Part shown: positions 11,741 to 26,451 of the stretch, piece after piece
Numbering within the stretch: the stretch's first letter is position 1
Layout: every line of letters starts with the position of its first letter
Assembly (NCBI GenBank): GCA_951406725.2
Contig: OX597830.1
Span: forward strand, 57,908,001 to 57,972,000
Length of the DNA: 64,000 nt
Direction: 5' to 3'
DNA from: Octopus vulgaris
Lineage: Eukaryota
The notes under the pieces: generated by a model
Seen by the model: only the letters and a program-made list of their open reading frames with translations
Told to the model about the DNA's origin: nothing
Database searches by the model: none
Position numbers and translations under genes: made by a program

Positions 11741-13487
11741 ACACATTTATGGTCAAACTTTACAGATTTATTGTTCTAATAAAGAATCTCTACTTTCACT
11801 AAGTCACATATTTGAATTAGTACAACGTAGAGATTCTTTGCTAAAACAATAACTTTGTTAAACTTAGTCAGTCACTCTACAATTGTTTCTGCAAACAGTC
11901 TTGAGTGGTGGTCCTTTTTGACTTTGCTTTCTTGATCTTTGATTCAAGATCACATGATACCAACTTTATTTGGTGGCCTTTTTCTTGATGGAAATCTGTT
12001 TTCATGTTTTTGTTTGTGTGTTTTTAGAATCGTTGTTGCTGTTAATTTTATTTAATAATAAATGTTTTTGCAGTAAATGTTATTGTGCATAGTTCTTGTA
12101 GATTGCTTGCTTTCGTTTAGTTTCTAGTTTGTATTTCATGAATGATTACTACCGTAGTTGATTGTAGTGGGATTGTGTGGGAAAACAGAAAATTGCTTTG
12201 TTTTTTGCTGATTGTGTGAGTCTGAAGACAGTTCTCTCTCTTCTTGCCTAATCAATTACAAATATTTATTTTATCAACCTTGTAAAGATGGAAAAATAAG
12301 TGAGGGATAAAAGAATTGTTCTTTGACGCCATATCAGGAAGTAATTTAATGGCACTGGTGTCATATCTATTATTTCAAGGCATCAAGTTAGCTACTTGTC
12401 AGTAATTGTGTGTGTGTGTGTGTAGACTTTAAGGAGTGTTATATTCCACAGTGTGGGTCTCTGTTGTTGTGAAACTGAAGATTGTAAATATATAATTAAA
12501 ACTGGTTTTCACATTTGTATTTTACCTACAAGTTCTTTGTTAAAAGTATTTTCTCTTTAAATGCTTTCAATACGAATTGTTATCTAAAAATAATCAAACT
12601 TTGCAATATAATTGGTTATATCATGTTAAAACTAAAGTAATTCCTATAAAATGACATGCCACCTATTGAAATCAGAATGGTAATGCCAAACAATTGTTAA
12701 ATATTTACAAAGCAGATTACAATCTAAAGGAAGAAATCTTCAAAATGTTTTATTTCAGTGTTGAATTATTTTGTTTCAAAATATTTCTGTAAGTCATGTT
12801 ATTAAACAAGAATGAAGTAATTCCTTTGTCAAAGATTTGCAGATTGTTTTTACTAATTAAAAGGAAAAAAAAAAAGAAGAAATGAACAAAAGATAGGGCA
12901 GTGCATTTGTACAAGGTTCAGTGCTTACAACATTGATTCCTTTGTATACTATGGGTATAGTACCCATATCCATAGTATAGCTATAGTATATGTATCCTAT
13001 TATCCTCTACAGACTGAATACAGTCTAGACTGAAAGCTGTTCAAGCAAGCAACTGGTCATAATGTAGCCATCCTTCTTTAAACAAGGATGAAGAAAACAG
13101 CCAATTGTTTCGTTTTCACATTTATCCAGGTGTGGCATTTTAAATTGAGAACTTCTTGTATAGTTTATAAAAGTCAATTTGTTATGAGAATTGAAATCTT
13201 TCAGCAATTTCAACTGATGTAATAATGCCACACTTTCTCTTCATTTCTCAACTATTCTATTTCATTGTCATGTTTCTTTCTTTTTTTTTCTTCCAACAAT
13301 GTTCAAGATTGTTGTTCAGAATTTAAGGATATCTTCCTACAAAAACTGTGAAAAGGTTTTGCTTTTCTCTTTTTATAAACATTGCAAGTATTTTGATTGA
13401 AATTAATCAATTTGGTAATTTACTTACACAGTCTTAACAATGTACAGTTGTTATTGATTATCACACCATTCCCACAATATTTATACA

Positions 13488-13530
<43 letters not shown>

Positions 13531-16500
13531 GGTTCCATGCTGTTTAGTTTCTTATATTGAGATTGCAACACAAGGTTTGTCTAGAAAAATGTTTCAATAA
13601 TCTTTTATACAAACTATGACCTTTCATGTTTTAACGTCAAATTAACGTGAAAGTTGTTAAATACTATTTGTTAGCTACAAGCAATAATTAAATTTTTTTT
13701 CCATCCTCTTTCTTTGAAATTGTTATACCCATATAAGGTATTGACACATGGCATGCATACTACAAATAACACAAGGTTTTTAGTATAAAAATTGTTGCAT
13801 TCTGGGTCTACCATGAAATTTTGCCAAGAGTGTTACACGTCATAGTGAGGACGCAGCTGAGAAGTGCTAAAAAGCAATGATGATCCATCATCTACGGAGT
13901 AACAAAATGGATTCAAGGAATATTCAAAGTTTGGCAACAAGTAGTTCTAATTTAAGTTAAAAAGTAAGATTCCTTCAAACATGAAGGTAAATATAGTTTG
14001 ATATAATCAGCTGAAAGAAGGGGTTGATGGAGGATAATCCAGACACCTCATCTTTTGAAGTTTCTAAAGACAATCTTCTTGAGATAAATTTAGTTTAATG
14101 CAAGTGGGGAGACCTGCTCAAAGTGTGAAAATGTAGCGTTTGTGAATTTGGAGAAGCCCTAGTTTGATGAGGCAGGTAATGAATAGTCAACAGAATGAAA
14201 ACAAATGAGAGGAAATCATTTTGTAGACTTGATGAGAAATAATGATAATGATAGTAGCAAAAATATCAATTGAAACCCCAAAATGTGCCATTTCAATTTT
14301 GAACTTTGTATTCTCTGCAAATGGAGAAAAGCATTTCAAGTTGTGCAATGTAAAGAATCCATGAGTGTTTCTTGTTTTGAGAATAAGGCTTAGCAACTGA
14401 GTGGCTTTTGATTCAAATATAGAAATTTCTTCATTTCACTTTTTTGACATTATTAAAAAACAGAAAAACTCTAAACCTGTAAAGTGCTAACTGATTGCCT
14501 GGTGAAAATATTTTTTAATCTTGTTGTGCACATATCTGGATTGATAAAAGCAATCTTACATTAAAATTTCAAAACAAAATGCAATTGTTAAAGTGACAGT
14601 TGATAAATATTTCAGTTCTGACCAAATTATGAAAAATCTACTCATTTATATCAGATGATTTTGAACTTGAAACTGTTTTTATCAAGTTTTCATTAATTAT
14701 TTGTGAAAATATTGAGTTTAATATCTTTGTAAATCTGCAGGAATGCATTGCAGACTCTGCACTTTCACTGCTTGTCCTTAGCCTCCCGGCTCCTTCAGAT
14801 ATTCCATTATTAATAAATGTTGTATCTTCACATATGATACAACAACAACAACAGTGGGAATGTATCTTCCTCAGTTTTCTATATAATCACCTGTAATCTC
14901 TTGAATGCCTTAGCTGTTGTACAAACTGACATATTTCAATGATTCAAAGAGATTATTAAATAACTTTAATCCATTCCAACTGATACTGCTTCTGTGTGGA
15001 ATCGAAAATATCATCCCTTTCGACCTTCAGTGGAATTCATTCTGTTCTTGCTGACTTCTCATGACTCTGGTCTTTGGTACTTGTCGTTATCATATTATTT
15101 AATTAAGATGATGATATTCTTTGCACCTTTTGAAGGTGCTTTTTTTTCCTTTACAGTAATATAAGTATTCTAAAGAAAGAAAAACTTTTTTTTTATTACT
15201 TCAACTCTGACCGTTTTTAAACAAGTTTGGTGAGTTTTGGTGAAGCCAATAAGGTTTTTTTTGACAAAAACTTCTTTTTGTTTATTCATGTTCTCAGGTT
15301 TCATACAACTAATCTCGTATCTTATACAGCAAATGTAAGAGTTAAGTGAATCATTCTCAGAAAGATTCTCTGGAACTGCTCTCAACTCTCAATTCTTGTA
15401 TTAACTTTCAACAAATTCACTCGTCTTCATTTATATAGATTTGAGGATGTAAGCCAAAAAATTGTCAATAGTTTCATACTGGAACCCTTTAGTGGCTCCC
15501 TGGCCGTCAATGACTTTTCTCAACCCTGGTCTGTTTGGCTTTTCTGCTTCACTCCTGTTGGATCCCTGCTCTTCTGTCTGCAGCTATTGTCAGGCTGCCC
15601 AGTCTTGTGGATTCCCGGAGAGAAGGCCGCCTTCTGCCAAGTGTTGTTGGCTTTGATTTGTCTTCAGTGCTTCAGTCCCTTTGCTTTATTCTAGGTAAGG
15701 GTGTTGATCTTACGTAAACCCAATTTTTAGTCCTGGAAAGAAGTAGTTCATATTAGTCTAGCCTCTATCCTTTGACCTGTCCAGTATGGGAAGCCCCAGG
15801 AACTTGATCTACTAGAATAGTTCTCAGCTACCACACCACAAGAACTGGACTTATTGATGGCAATAATTTTATGAAAGGACTTAATTGTTGGTGTTGGATG
15901 AGGTTTCCACAGGTTACAAACATAAGATTGATCATTATATATGGACTAATTAATTACAGCAGCTGATTTATTACAAGTTTGTTTGAATGTCCACCTTCTT
16001 GACCACTTGCCTTACACTTTCTTTTGAAGACTAAGGTCCTCTAGATTATCATTTTTAGAAGATTTTGTGGTAAATTTAATTATGTTGTCCATAAATATTA
16101 AGAGAAATCAAAATATGGATTATTGCTTAATATTGATGTCAGAGATATCGTATTGCATTAGAGAACAAAACTGAGGTTGTTCCCACTTTGGAAATGTCTG
16201 AGTTAATGTCACAACATTCTCATGATAGCAGATATTATAATGGCTTAGTGACTTCTTTTTGTTTTTCTTAGTGCTGAATTAAGTTTCTCCCTTTTTCAAG
16301 GCAAGTTCCATCAAATAAAGTTCCCTAATTCTTTTAAATATTGCGTTTGGTATTGGTTAATGTCTGCAAATGGGCCTTGTTACTATTGAGTCTTGATTTC
16401 CTAAATGTCCTGAGAACTGGCAAATGTGATCAAACATCTTTTTGGTTTGTTTAACTCTGATATAATACCTGATCAAGCAGGCCTAATGATCAAAGATACT

Positions 16501-18509
16501 CCAAGCATGACCACCTTGTCTTAAAAAACTTTTTCTTCTTCTATACATGCATATTTAATCAATGCATTCTTTTAAAAAGACTTTTGGTTGTAATTTTAGA
16601 AATATATTTTTCTGTTTTTAACATGAGTGACTGCATGGTGTAAAGAGAAGGAATCTTTCTTAAAAGCAGGATTAAGTACAAGAGCTTAAGGATAGATTGG
16701 AATACAGCTATGCTAAGAAACATAAACTCCTTTTTAATTTTACAATTTCAACTCATTTTGATTTCCTGGTTTTTAGTCTTCAGACTAAAACTACTCCTTT
16801 AGTGAAATTTAGAGAGTTTCTCATTTTCAAGTCTGAATGAGTGGAATTTTACTTCTGGACTCGGGCATTTCTGACATTTTCTATTTTCCCATTTGGTAGT
16901 TTGTATTTTCTTTATTGGTGACATCATAGATGTCAGTAGTTGTTATTTCACTGACTGTTATTGTTGGTACTTGAAGGTTTGGCCAATATTTACCATCCTT
17001 GACTGAGAATTGACGATCTGCTGATTATGTTTATCGTTAGGAGTGGAAAGTGAGTTATGATTGTTGTTGTTATAGTCTATAAACATATAAATATGGGGAA
17101 GATTTTTTTTCCTCCCGTGTAATATAAACTTGAATTTTTGAAGTAATAACTCATTGCAGTGGAACAAAACTGAAATAAAACATTTTTCTCCCACTTCTTT
17201 TTTTTTTTTTTTCTCCTTCTGTCTGTCTGTCTCTTTCTCTCTCTTTTAGAAATTTTGAGTGAGAAATAATTTTATTTGAAGTCTGTGCATGCACACACAT
17301 ACACATTGCAAATTTTATTTGCTGAGATTTTCCACTTGGGAGTTGCAGATATAACAAATGACAACAGAAGTTTCAAGATACAAATAATTACTCTTAGATG
17401 AATCCTAATTATATATCTTAATTAGATATATTCTATGAGAATATGATATACTGAATTTAAAATGAGTGCTCTTTGTAAATAAGTGTCAAAGTATTAATAG
17501 TATTAAAGTATTTAGACAGTTAATATGAGTGATTATATATAACACATTGTGAAGTAATAGCAGGAAACTCAATATCAAAAAACACTTCACAAAAATATGT
17601 GTAAAATAATATTGTATTAAAAAATATAAATATAGTGTATGTAAATATGTAAAATATAACAGTTTAAAAGTTAAGTATTTAATGAATCCTAATTATGAAT
17701 CATTTTGAAGTTTTTTCACTCCCCACTTTTGTATTCTAATAAAGTCATATAGACTAATATTTGAAATATAAACAAAAGTGGCAGAATCATTATTATTATT
17801 GGGAAACTTTATTATGTCTAAGTGTTGTAATCAACAAAATAAGCATAGTTAAGGCAAGTTGACAGTCATATTTGGATTAATTTCACTTTATACTATGAAT
17901 GCTTTATGGAAAGATGTGACCATCACAACCTCCCTTCTCTTCTTCCTCTTCCATTAATATTTGAAGCTTTTTGTTTCCTCAAAAAGAAAATTTAATATTA
18001 AACTTTTTTGGAGTAATATCTCAACCTTTTTTTTATTTATTTAAAAATCTCAAAACATTTCATTTCATGAAATTTTTATGTCAAAAATATTCCGTTGGAA
18101 TTGGTTTCAGGCCTCGTGTTTCTATTTTACTTTTGTCTGTTATCAATTTACTCTTCAACCTTCAATGCCTCCCCGGTAGGTGTGCTGTGCATAGCAGACA
18201 GGTAACCCTTTTACTGCCATTTCAAATATATGACAGGAATTGTATTTCTGTAGCAATAGTTCCATCAGAAATCCTTCTTGAAAACCCTGTTATTTTGAGC
18301 AAGTCTCTCTTTACAAAATAAATATAAACACTATTTCTTAGTCACAACTACTTAATTATAGTATTGTTTTTACCTGAAATCATTTTAAGTTTTTCCTTGC
18401 CATTTTGAAATGCAGGTATTTTATGTGTAATTTGACAATGTTTAGGACATAAGCCTAGACAAAGGAGTAAAGAATACTTTTTAAAGGTAATATTTACCTA
18501 CAACCCTAA

Positions 18510-18700
18510 GGTAGCAAGCTGGGTGAAATGCTTAGCAGTCTTTCGTCGGTCAACATTCTGAGTTCAAATTCCACTGAGGTTGACTTTGCCTTTCATCCTT
18601 TCAGGGTCGATAAATTAAGTACCAGTTGTATACTGGGATCGATCTAATCAACTGGCCACCTCCTTGAAAATTTTGGGCCTTGTCCCTAGGGTAGAAAAGA
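18510..18700 (+). mobile_element. Meta-type tRNA SINE
   Basis: GAGTTCAAATTCCACTGAGGTTGACTTTGCCTTTCATCCTTTCAGGGTCGATAAATTAAGTACCAG core. Confidence 0.8.
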
Positions 18701-18929
18701 ATATTTAACTACAACCCTGTTTAGGTTTTATGCTAGAAATTCATAATACAAAGCATAACATTCTGTTTTGTTGTTTAACATTGGAATGGAGAAGCTTTTT
18801 TCAACAAGTCAACTCACTGACCAAACCAAACTACTAAAAAAAAATTGAAAGTAATTTTTCGTTAGGCATGCCATTCAGAAAGTGCTTTTGGGCTGCAGTT
18901 TAGCACCATGATTGGTATCCTACATTAAG

Positions 18930-18997
18930 CATTAATCTTCAATGATTGGTGGAGCACATTAAACATTAATCTTCAATGATTGGTGGAGCACATTAAT
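18930..18997. repeat. Direct tandem duplication, 34-bp period
   Basis: CATTAATCTTCAATGATTGGTGGAGCACATTAA starts at 18930 and again at 18964. Confidence 0.9.
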
Positions 18998-19397
18998 CTT
19001 TAATAAAGCCAATACTTTTTTTTAACAATTTCTAATAACTAAAAAAAAAAAAAAAAACCATTAAATATGCATTTATTCTTGTTCACAATAGAATTAAGTA
19101 TTAAATTAAAAATGTTAAAGTTGTTTAATGAATATTTGAAATATGTTTATTTGCAAAATAGGAATCGGAATATTTGGTTCCAGTAAAATATTCTGATTGC
19201 AGTTGTTATGAGAAATTTGAGATTTTGAACATTTTTTTGTCAAATATGAAAAAAAAAATGTCTCAGATTTCCAATTTGTGAATTTCAAGAAAGTCTGTTG
19301 TAACGAGAAGCACAAAATGTCACAAACAGCCTTAATGCTACAGTTTTCTTACCTTTGATATAGAGTATGAGACCTGTTGTTAATTACTTGTATGTAA

Positions 19398-19718
19398 AGG
19401 TGTGGCTTTAATGGTTAGGATATTTGGCCCATGATCATAAGGTGCTGAGTTCAATCCCCAGTAGCACAATGTCCTTGAGCAAGACACTTTATTTCACATT
19501 GCTCCAGTTCACTCAGCTGATAAAAATGAGCAGTACCTGTAATTCCAAAGGGGCCAACCTTGTCCCCTTCTGTGTCCAGCTGAATCTCTTTGAGAATTAC
19601 GTTAAGGGTACGCATGTCTGTGGAGTGCTCAGCCACTTGCATGTTAATTTCCTGAGCAGGTTGTTCCATTGATCGGATCAGCTGGGACCCTCGTCGTCAT
19701 AACTGACTGAGTACCAGT
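19398..19718 (+). mobile_element. tRNA-headed SINE, third family
   Basis: A/B boxes (TGGCTTTAATGG, GAGTTCAATCCC) and body GCTGAATCTC..GAGAA.TACGTTAAGGGTAC, shared with 22394-22650 (+) and 45260-45605 (-). Confidence 0.75.
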
Positions 19719-21141
19719 TTTAATTACTGGTCAGGCAATGCAGCTTTTGTTATTCAAAAGCTGTGACGTTGATGCCAGTTCCAGTAATAAGGAAATATCC
19801 ATGATTAGATTTCATTGATGATAGGAGACTTGTATCAATAAATACCCTTCTACCATTGTCTAACAGAAGAACAGAAACACTGCCTTTCACTTTTTGTATA
19901 TTCTTCCCATTTTCTTCAGTGCAACACTATCAAGTGCTCGAGGCCTTTTAAAACTGTTGCAATATTATAACAGCACACAGTTTTTTTCCAAAATACTCTT
20001 ACTCTAATTTAGCATAGTACAATCTCAATTTAATTAGTAATTTTTGCAATTTCAAACAAATTGCAGCATAATCAACTTTGATATCCTTCAGCACACTTTG
20101 ACTCATCATTACTCTTTAGTATCGTGAGCACAGCGGTTCTTTTCTTTCTATAAATATTCTCTAAACATGTCTCTCTTTAATAAGGCTTTGACTTCCTTTT
20201 TCTAATAAGAACAACTCTTCTTTGCTTTTCCAAACCTCTATATTTATTGATGTTAATATATCTGAGGCATGGCTTTGTTATAGATACATGTATGTGTGTG
20301 TGTGTGTGCATATATGTACACGTGTGTGTATATAATATTTATAGATTGTAGGGCTGTGTTGGGTTGTTGGATAAGATATCAGCTTGTTGGGTCATAGGTT
20401 GTGAGTTCTATTTTTGCTCTGCGTATTAAGCTGCAAACTAACTTAGAAAGGCAATGAGGTGCGCGTGTGCATATACATATGTGGAGGCACATGGCCTCGT
20501 GGTTAGTGTGTTGCACTTACAATCACAAGATATTGGTTTCAATTCCCAGGCCAGCGATGCATTGTGTTTTTTAGCAAAACACTTTATTTTACATTGCCTC
20601 AGGCCACTCAGCTGTAAAGAGGTAACCCTGCAATGGACTGGTGTCTTATTTTGGTGGGGAACATTGAACCCTTTTGCCTACCTCGTCAGTGGGGTAGGAT
20701 CATTCAAATGGGACAACAATGTAAAGCAGCTTTTGTGACCAGAAGTGTAGGACAACAGCTGACCGACTGGTCAACACAGTTGTAGACCAACAGCAGCATA
20801 GTGCTGAATAGATTGAGTGGCCGATGAACAGCAGTTGGCCAATTTCCAGTCCTTCATTGCCTTAGCCAAGATCACCGAGATCAGCAATAATCTACACTAG
20901 ATTATAGATATCTCATCCAAGATGCCTTACTGGTTAAAGGGGCAAGAACATATGTGTGTGTGTGTGTGTGTGTGAACTGCTGTTGACGTTATTCTCCATT
21001 TGTGTTGCAGAGACACATAAGACAAGCTTTAATGTGTCTATGAACATTTCAAGAATGGATGTTAGTCAACAACTTTTCCTCTACAAATATAAACTCTTCA
21101 CATTGTATAGAGTGCTCTTTTCTTTCATTTGTGTGTGTGTG

Positions 21142-21216
<75 letters not shown>

Positions 21217-21844
21217 ATGGAGGGTGCTGGAACAAGAGTAGCAATTTTAGTTTCCATTCCTTAATAGTAAAGGAATTTGTTTGGACCTGACTGACTATTT
21301 CAGTTTTTATTCTTCATTTGGCACACCTTCAATCACTTTTAAGTTGAATCGTATTTTTGTAATACATCCATTTCAATTAAACTAACAAAAAGTCTTATTG
21401 TTTTCAAAAACCCTCGTTTATTCCTATGTAATTAATTTGCCTTGTTTTGAGTATTAAAAAAAAAGAAAAGGAAAACAGGTTGACTTTTAGGACACTTTAT
21501 GTCATTTTTTTTTTGTTTTCTCACCTTTTTTTTTTTTTTTTTTTTGTAAATAAACTTGATACTTCCAATGAAGTCCCCCCCCCCGCCCTTCCCCAGTTTT
21601 CAGTGAAATGAAATGCTTTGTTGCAGAAGAAACCTTACCCTGCGAGATATAATATTACATTATATCTCTTTTCCCCCAGCAATTCTTTTTTTTTTTTCTT
21701 TTTCTTTTTCTAGACCTTGTTCATTTTTTGTCTTAAATACTTGCCTCTAAATAACAAGTCTCTTGAATGACTTAATTTCTTTCTACTGAATGCTGATATC
21801 TTTGAAGATGGTGTAAATAGTTCTGGTTTTGTATAAAGATTTAC

Positions 21845-21850
21845 AATAAA
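21845..21850 (+). terminator. Candidate distal polyadenylation signal of the spire transcript
   Basis: AATAAA lies after U-rich tracts and TGTA motifs (21480-21840) and before a GT/T-rich element (tttagttttgtgttttt). Repeat density rises sharply just downstream. More proximal AATAAA sites also exist (about 12057 and 14812). Confidence 0.4.
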
Positions 21851-21986
21851 TTCTTTATTGATTACAGTAATTTAGTTTTGTGTTTTTACTTCATTAAAAA
21901 GTGTTTGAAGGAGTCTGACGAATTCAGTCGCTGAAGACTGTGTCCATAGCAAAAGCTGCTTAACTTTAATTTTCTGCACAATTAAA

Positions 21987-22200
21987 GCAGGGGGAGCTGG
22001 CAGAAACGTTAGCACGTTGGGCGAAATGCTGAGTGGTATTTCGTCCGTGTTTACATTCTGAGTTCAAATTCTGCCGAGGTCGACTTTGCCTTTCATCCTT
22101 TCGGGAGTTGATAAATTAAGTACTAGTTTCGTACTGGATTCGATCTAATTGACTGACCCCACTCCCCCCAAATTTCGGGTCTTGTCCCTAGAGTAAAGAA
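21987..22200 (+). mobile_element. Meta-type tRNA SINE
   Basis: Full head GAGCTGGCAGAAACGTTAGCACG, B box and core. Near reverse complement of 53140-53336. Confidence 0.85.
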
Positions 22201-22393
22201 TTTTCTGCACAATCATGGGCTAGGGATCCACAGAAAACAATGTGTTGTTAATGAATCTTTCATGATTTGAATTCAGAATTGAAGGATTAGGGGCTTAACA
22301 TATGGCCCTAATTAATCAATTCTATCACCAACCTACAAAATAGACAAGGTAGGAAGGAAAGCTATTATTCTATAGAATATTAGCTGGCTGTAG

Positions 22394-22850
22394 AGGTGCT
22401 ATAGCCCAGTGGTTAGGGTAGCGGACTGGCGGTTTCGATTCCCAGACTGGGCATTGTGAGTGTTTATTGAATGAAAACACCTAAAGCTCCACGAGGCTCC
22501 AGCAGGAGAGTGGTGGTGACCCCTGCTGTACTCTTTCACCACAACTTTCTCTCACTCTTCCTGTTTCTGTTGTACCTGTATTTCAAAGGGTCAGCCTTGT
22601 CATGCTGAATCTCCCCAAGAACTATGTTAAGGGTACACGTGTCTTGCATGTTAATAAATGAGCTGCGACATCACTGGTGCCAAGCTGTATCGGCCCCTTT
22701 TCCTTGGATAACATCGGTGGCATGGGAAGAGGAGGCTGGTATGCATGAGCGACTGCTGGTCTTCCATAAAAATCACCTTGCCCAGACTTGTGCCTCTGAG
22801 GGTAACTTTCTAGGTGCAGTCCCATGGCCATTCATGACCGAAGCGGGTCA
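22394..22850 (+). mobile_element. tRNA-headed SINE, third family, long form
   Basis: TAGCCCAGTGGTTAGG A box and GGTTTCGATTCCC B box. The body is the reverse complement of 45260-45605. Confidence 0.75.
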
Positions 22851-23551
22851 CAACATAAGCTGGCCATATAAAATGTGGTTCGTTGAAATCTTCAATCATA
22901 ATTTACATTGTATGATGAGAGATAGAGAGAAAATTAATCTTAAGTTAATTGATAGAGAAATATTGAAAGTAACAAGCAGTGGAAGGGCAATGGTGAAGCT
23001 GATCAGAACGGAGTTGATGGATGCCAAACATATGACTTGCTTACACATTCATACAGACAGATTTTGAGAGTGTATATACTCCACTATGCGATTGCAGCCA
23101 CTGGAAAGTACACAAAGCATATACATTAGGTATGTATGAGAGTATTTTACTCAAGACTTCAAGAGGTATATGGGCTTTGGAGAAGAGGCACAGCAAAACT
23201 CCTGGCTCTTGACAGCAAAATGGTACTCCAGAAAAAATCAGAGGTCCTTGATAGATTTGCCAATCCCTTTGACAGCCTGCTTAATATCCCAGGTATTGTG
23301 GTTTAAATTCCCCTCGAAAAGGTTACACAAAGGTCAACCAGCCAATTCTTAGATGACAAACCTACTTATATATTGTTAATAATATATTGAGATAAAGATG
23401 GTTATGACTGGTCTTTGGGGTTAGAGGATACTGGCCATTAGGGTCTGATGAAACACTGTAAAGCTAAATACTTTATGAACGTGAAACCCAGGATGACACC
23501 ACAAACTGACCATAATTATCTTCTCTTCTGGATGTATGATTTACTGATGAT

Positions 23552-25990
23552 ATCATTGTCGTTTAACATCCGCTGTCCATGCTGGTATGGGTTGGACGGT
23601 TTGACTGAGGGCTGGAAAACCAGAAGACTGCACCAGGCTCCAATCTGATCTGGCAATGTTTCTACAGCTGGATGCCCTTCCTAATGCCAACCACTCTGAA
23701 AGTGTAGTGGGTGCTTTTTATGTGCCACTGGCATGAGGGTCAGCCAGGCAGTACTGATATTGGTCACACTTGAATGGTGCTTTTTACGTGCCACCAGCAC
23801 GGGTGTCGGTCAGGTGACACTGGCAATCACCACACTCAACTGTTGCCTTTTGCATGCCACCAGTAACTGGCATCGACCATGCTCGAATGGAGCTTTTCAT
23901 GTGCCACTGGCATGGGAGTCAGTCAGGCAGCACTGACAATGATTACGCTTGAATGATGCTTTTTAGGTGACACTCAGGCGGTACTGTCATTGGTCACGGC
24001 AATGACTTCACTTGATTCAACAGGTCTTCACAAGTGCAGCTTATTGCCCAATGATTGAAGGCTACTCTTAAATGAGCCAGTTATGCTGCACTGGCATAGG
24101 CCTTGGTTATGGTCTCACTTGGCTTGCTGGCTCTTCTCAAGCACAGCGTATTTCCAAAGGTCCTGGTCACTTGTCATTGCCTCTGTGAAGCCCAACGTTT
24201 GAAAGTCATGCTTCACCATCTCATCCCAGGTCTTCATAAACCTACCTCTTCCACAGGTTCCCTCTATTGCTAGGGTGTGACACTTTTTCACACAGCTATC
24301 CTCATCCATACGCAACGCATGACCATACCAGCGCAGTTGTCTCTCATGCACACCACACTTGATGCTTCTTAGGTCCAACTTTTCTCTCAGTGCTTACACT
24401 CTGTCATGTATGCACATTGACATTACACATCCAGCGGAGCATACTGGCTCCATTCCTTGCAAGCTTACACATGTCCTCAGCATGTCATAGCCCATGTTTG
24501 ACTGCCATGTAGCATGGCTGTTTGCACACATGCATCATACAGTCTACCTTTTACTCTGAGCAAGAGGCCTTTGTCATCAGCAGAGGTAGGAGCTCTCTGA
24601 ACTTTGCCCAGGCTATTCTTATTCTAGTAGCTACACTCTCAGAGCATCCACCTCCACTACTGACTTGGTCACCGAGGTAACAGAAGCTATCAACTACTTC
24701 TAGTTTTTTCTCCTGGCATGAGGTGGAAGCTGTTTTTTGCACATTTTCAGTGTTTATTGCTCCTGAGCATTTATCACACACAAAAGCTGTCTTCCCAGTT
24801 AGTCTTCCTTTGATAATACTGCACCTCTTATGTGTCCTTGGCTTACACTGGGTGCATCTTGTGGAGTTTCTTCCTACGTTTTTTCTACAGATCAAGTAGG
24901 GGGTGTCTACCTGAAGGGATTTGTGGTTTGTCTGCCTTCTTACTTATTAAGACTTTGGTTTTTGCCAGATTGACTCTAACGCCCTTTGATTTTAGACCTT
25001 GCTTTCCACACCTGAAACTTCTCTAGTTCTGATAGTGACTCAGCTATTAGAGCAAGGTCACCAGCATAAAGAAGCTCCCGGGGGTAACCTGTCTTGAATT
25101 CCTCTGTTATTGCTTGGAGATTATAATGAATAAGAGGGGGCTGAGGACAGATCCTTGGTGGATTGCTACCCTTTGCCGGAATTCTTCACTATACTCATTG
25201 CCAACCCTCACCTTACTGACAGCATCCTTGTACATGGCTTGTACAGCTCTCACTAACAACTCATCTATCCCTAGTTTCTGCATTGACCACCAGATAAGGG
25301 ATCAGGGGACCCTGTCAAAGGCTTTCTCTATGTCAACAAAAGCCAGGTACAGAGGTTTATCTTTGGCTAGGAATTTCTCCTGCAGCTGTCTTACCAGAAA
25401 TCTAGCATCAGTGGTGCTTTTCCCTAGCACAAACTCAAACTCCATCTCATCTAGACTGATTCTCTCCCTAATTAGTTGAACTATGGCCCTCTCTGTGACT
25501 TTCATTACCTGATCCAACAACTTGATACCTCTGTAATTATTCGTATCTAATGCATCACCTTTGCCTTTGTAGCAGTTGACTATGGTGCTGCTACACCAGT
25601 CATTGGGTATGTCTCCTTCATGTATCACCTGGTTGACTATATGGGTGAAGGTACTGTCATTTCGGATAGCTGGTCCCTCTGTTGGGTTGACATTCGGCAG
25701 ACTCTTTCTCCCATTCATTCTCTTCACTGAGCAATCTTTCATAGTGCCATCTCCAAGTCTCTCTCTTTGCAGCCTCATTAAATGTAAGTGAGCCATCATC
25801 CATGCCAACACATTTCTCTCCTATGATATCACGATTTTCTTTCACACAGTCTTGCAACACAAAATACTTCAAGTCTTTGGTCCTCAATACACAGAATATT
25901 CTACACAAATCTACATGTCTCTCTTCAAGTATCTCGACAATCTCACCAGACTTACCTTTCAATGTGCCAACTCTGAGTGTGGGTGAAATA
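23552..25990 (-). mobile_element. Decayed RTE LINE with internal deletions
   Basis: Frameshifted pieces: the endonuclease start (KGKSGEIVEILEERHVD), YKGKGDALD..NYRGIKLL, LAFVDIEKAFDRVP, a decayed zinc finger and RWYGHALRMDED, followed by the 3' UTR. Confidence 0.9.
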
Positions 25991-26217
25991 TAACATTAAA
26001 ATGATACCTTTGAACAATTTCACTCAAAATACTTCCCTTTTAGTACTGCAAACATGAAAGGAATTTTCATGAATGTCTGAGAGTCCATCATCGTTTTACT
26101 TCAAGCTGTTTATTAAATCTAGAAATATATAAAATAACAACTTGTAATGTCCACACGTCTTTTCTGTCACACTCATAGAAGAAGACATTAACACGAATGT
26201 ATTTGTTGGTTTCTGAC

Positions 26218-26451
26218 CAGTGGTCCTCAACCCATTTTTGCCTGTGGACCTTCTTTGGTTCCGGTTCTGCTTGGCTTGACCCTCATGGTCATTCAATGTT
26301 TAAAAATACTTCTTAGTAATTGTATAAAAAAAATTAGAATATTTTGTGTATTGTACTAGTATAACCAATTTATTGCTGATAAATTTTAACAAAATCTTAT
26401 ATGGTCACATGGACCCCTAAAGATCATATGGACCCCAGTTGAGAACCACTG
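26218..26451. mobile_element. hAT (Charlie-like) MITE
   Basis: TIRs are CAGTGGTCCTCAAC and GTTGAGAACCACTG; the TSD is not clean. A second, interrupted copy lies at about 1490-1567 plus 2093-2164. Confidence 0.75.

Noticed and set aside
13800-14400. Possible mariner remnant or coding sequence in the putative UTR (similar weak signal near 60060-60160)
   Set aside because: Too decayed to assign by eye, with no continuous motif.
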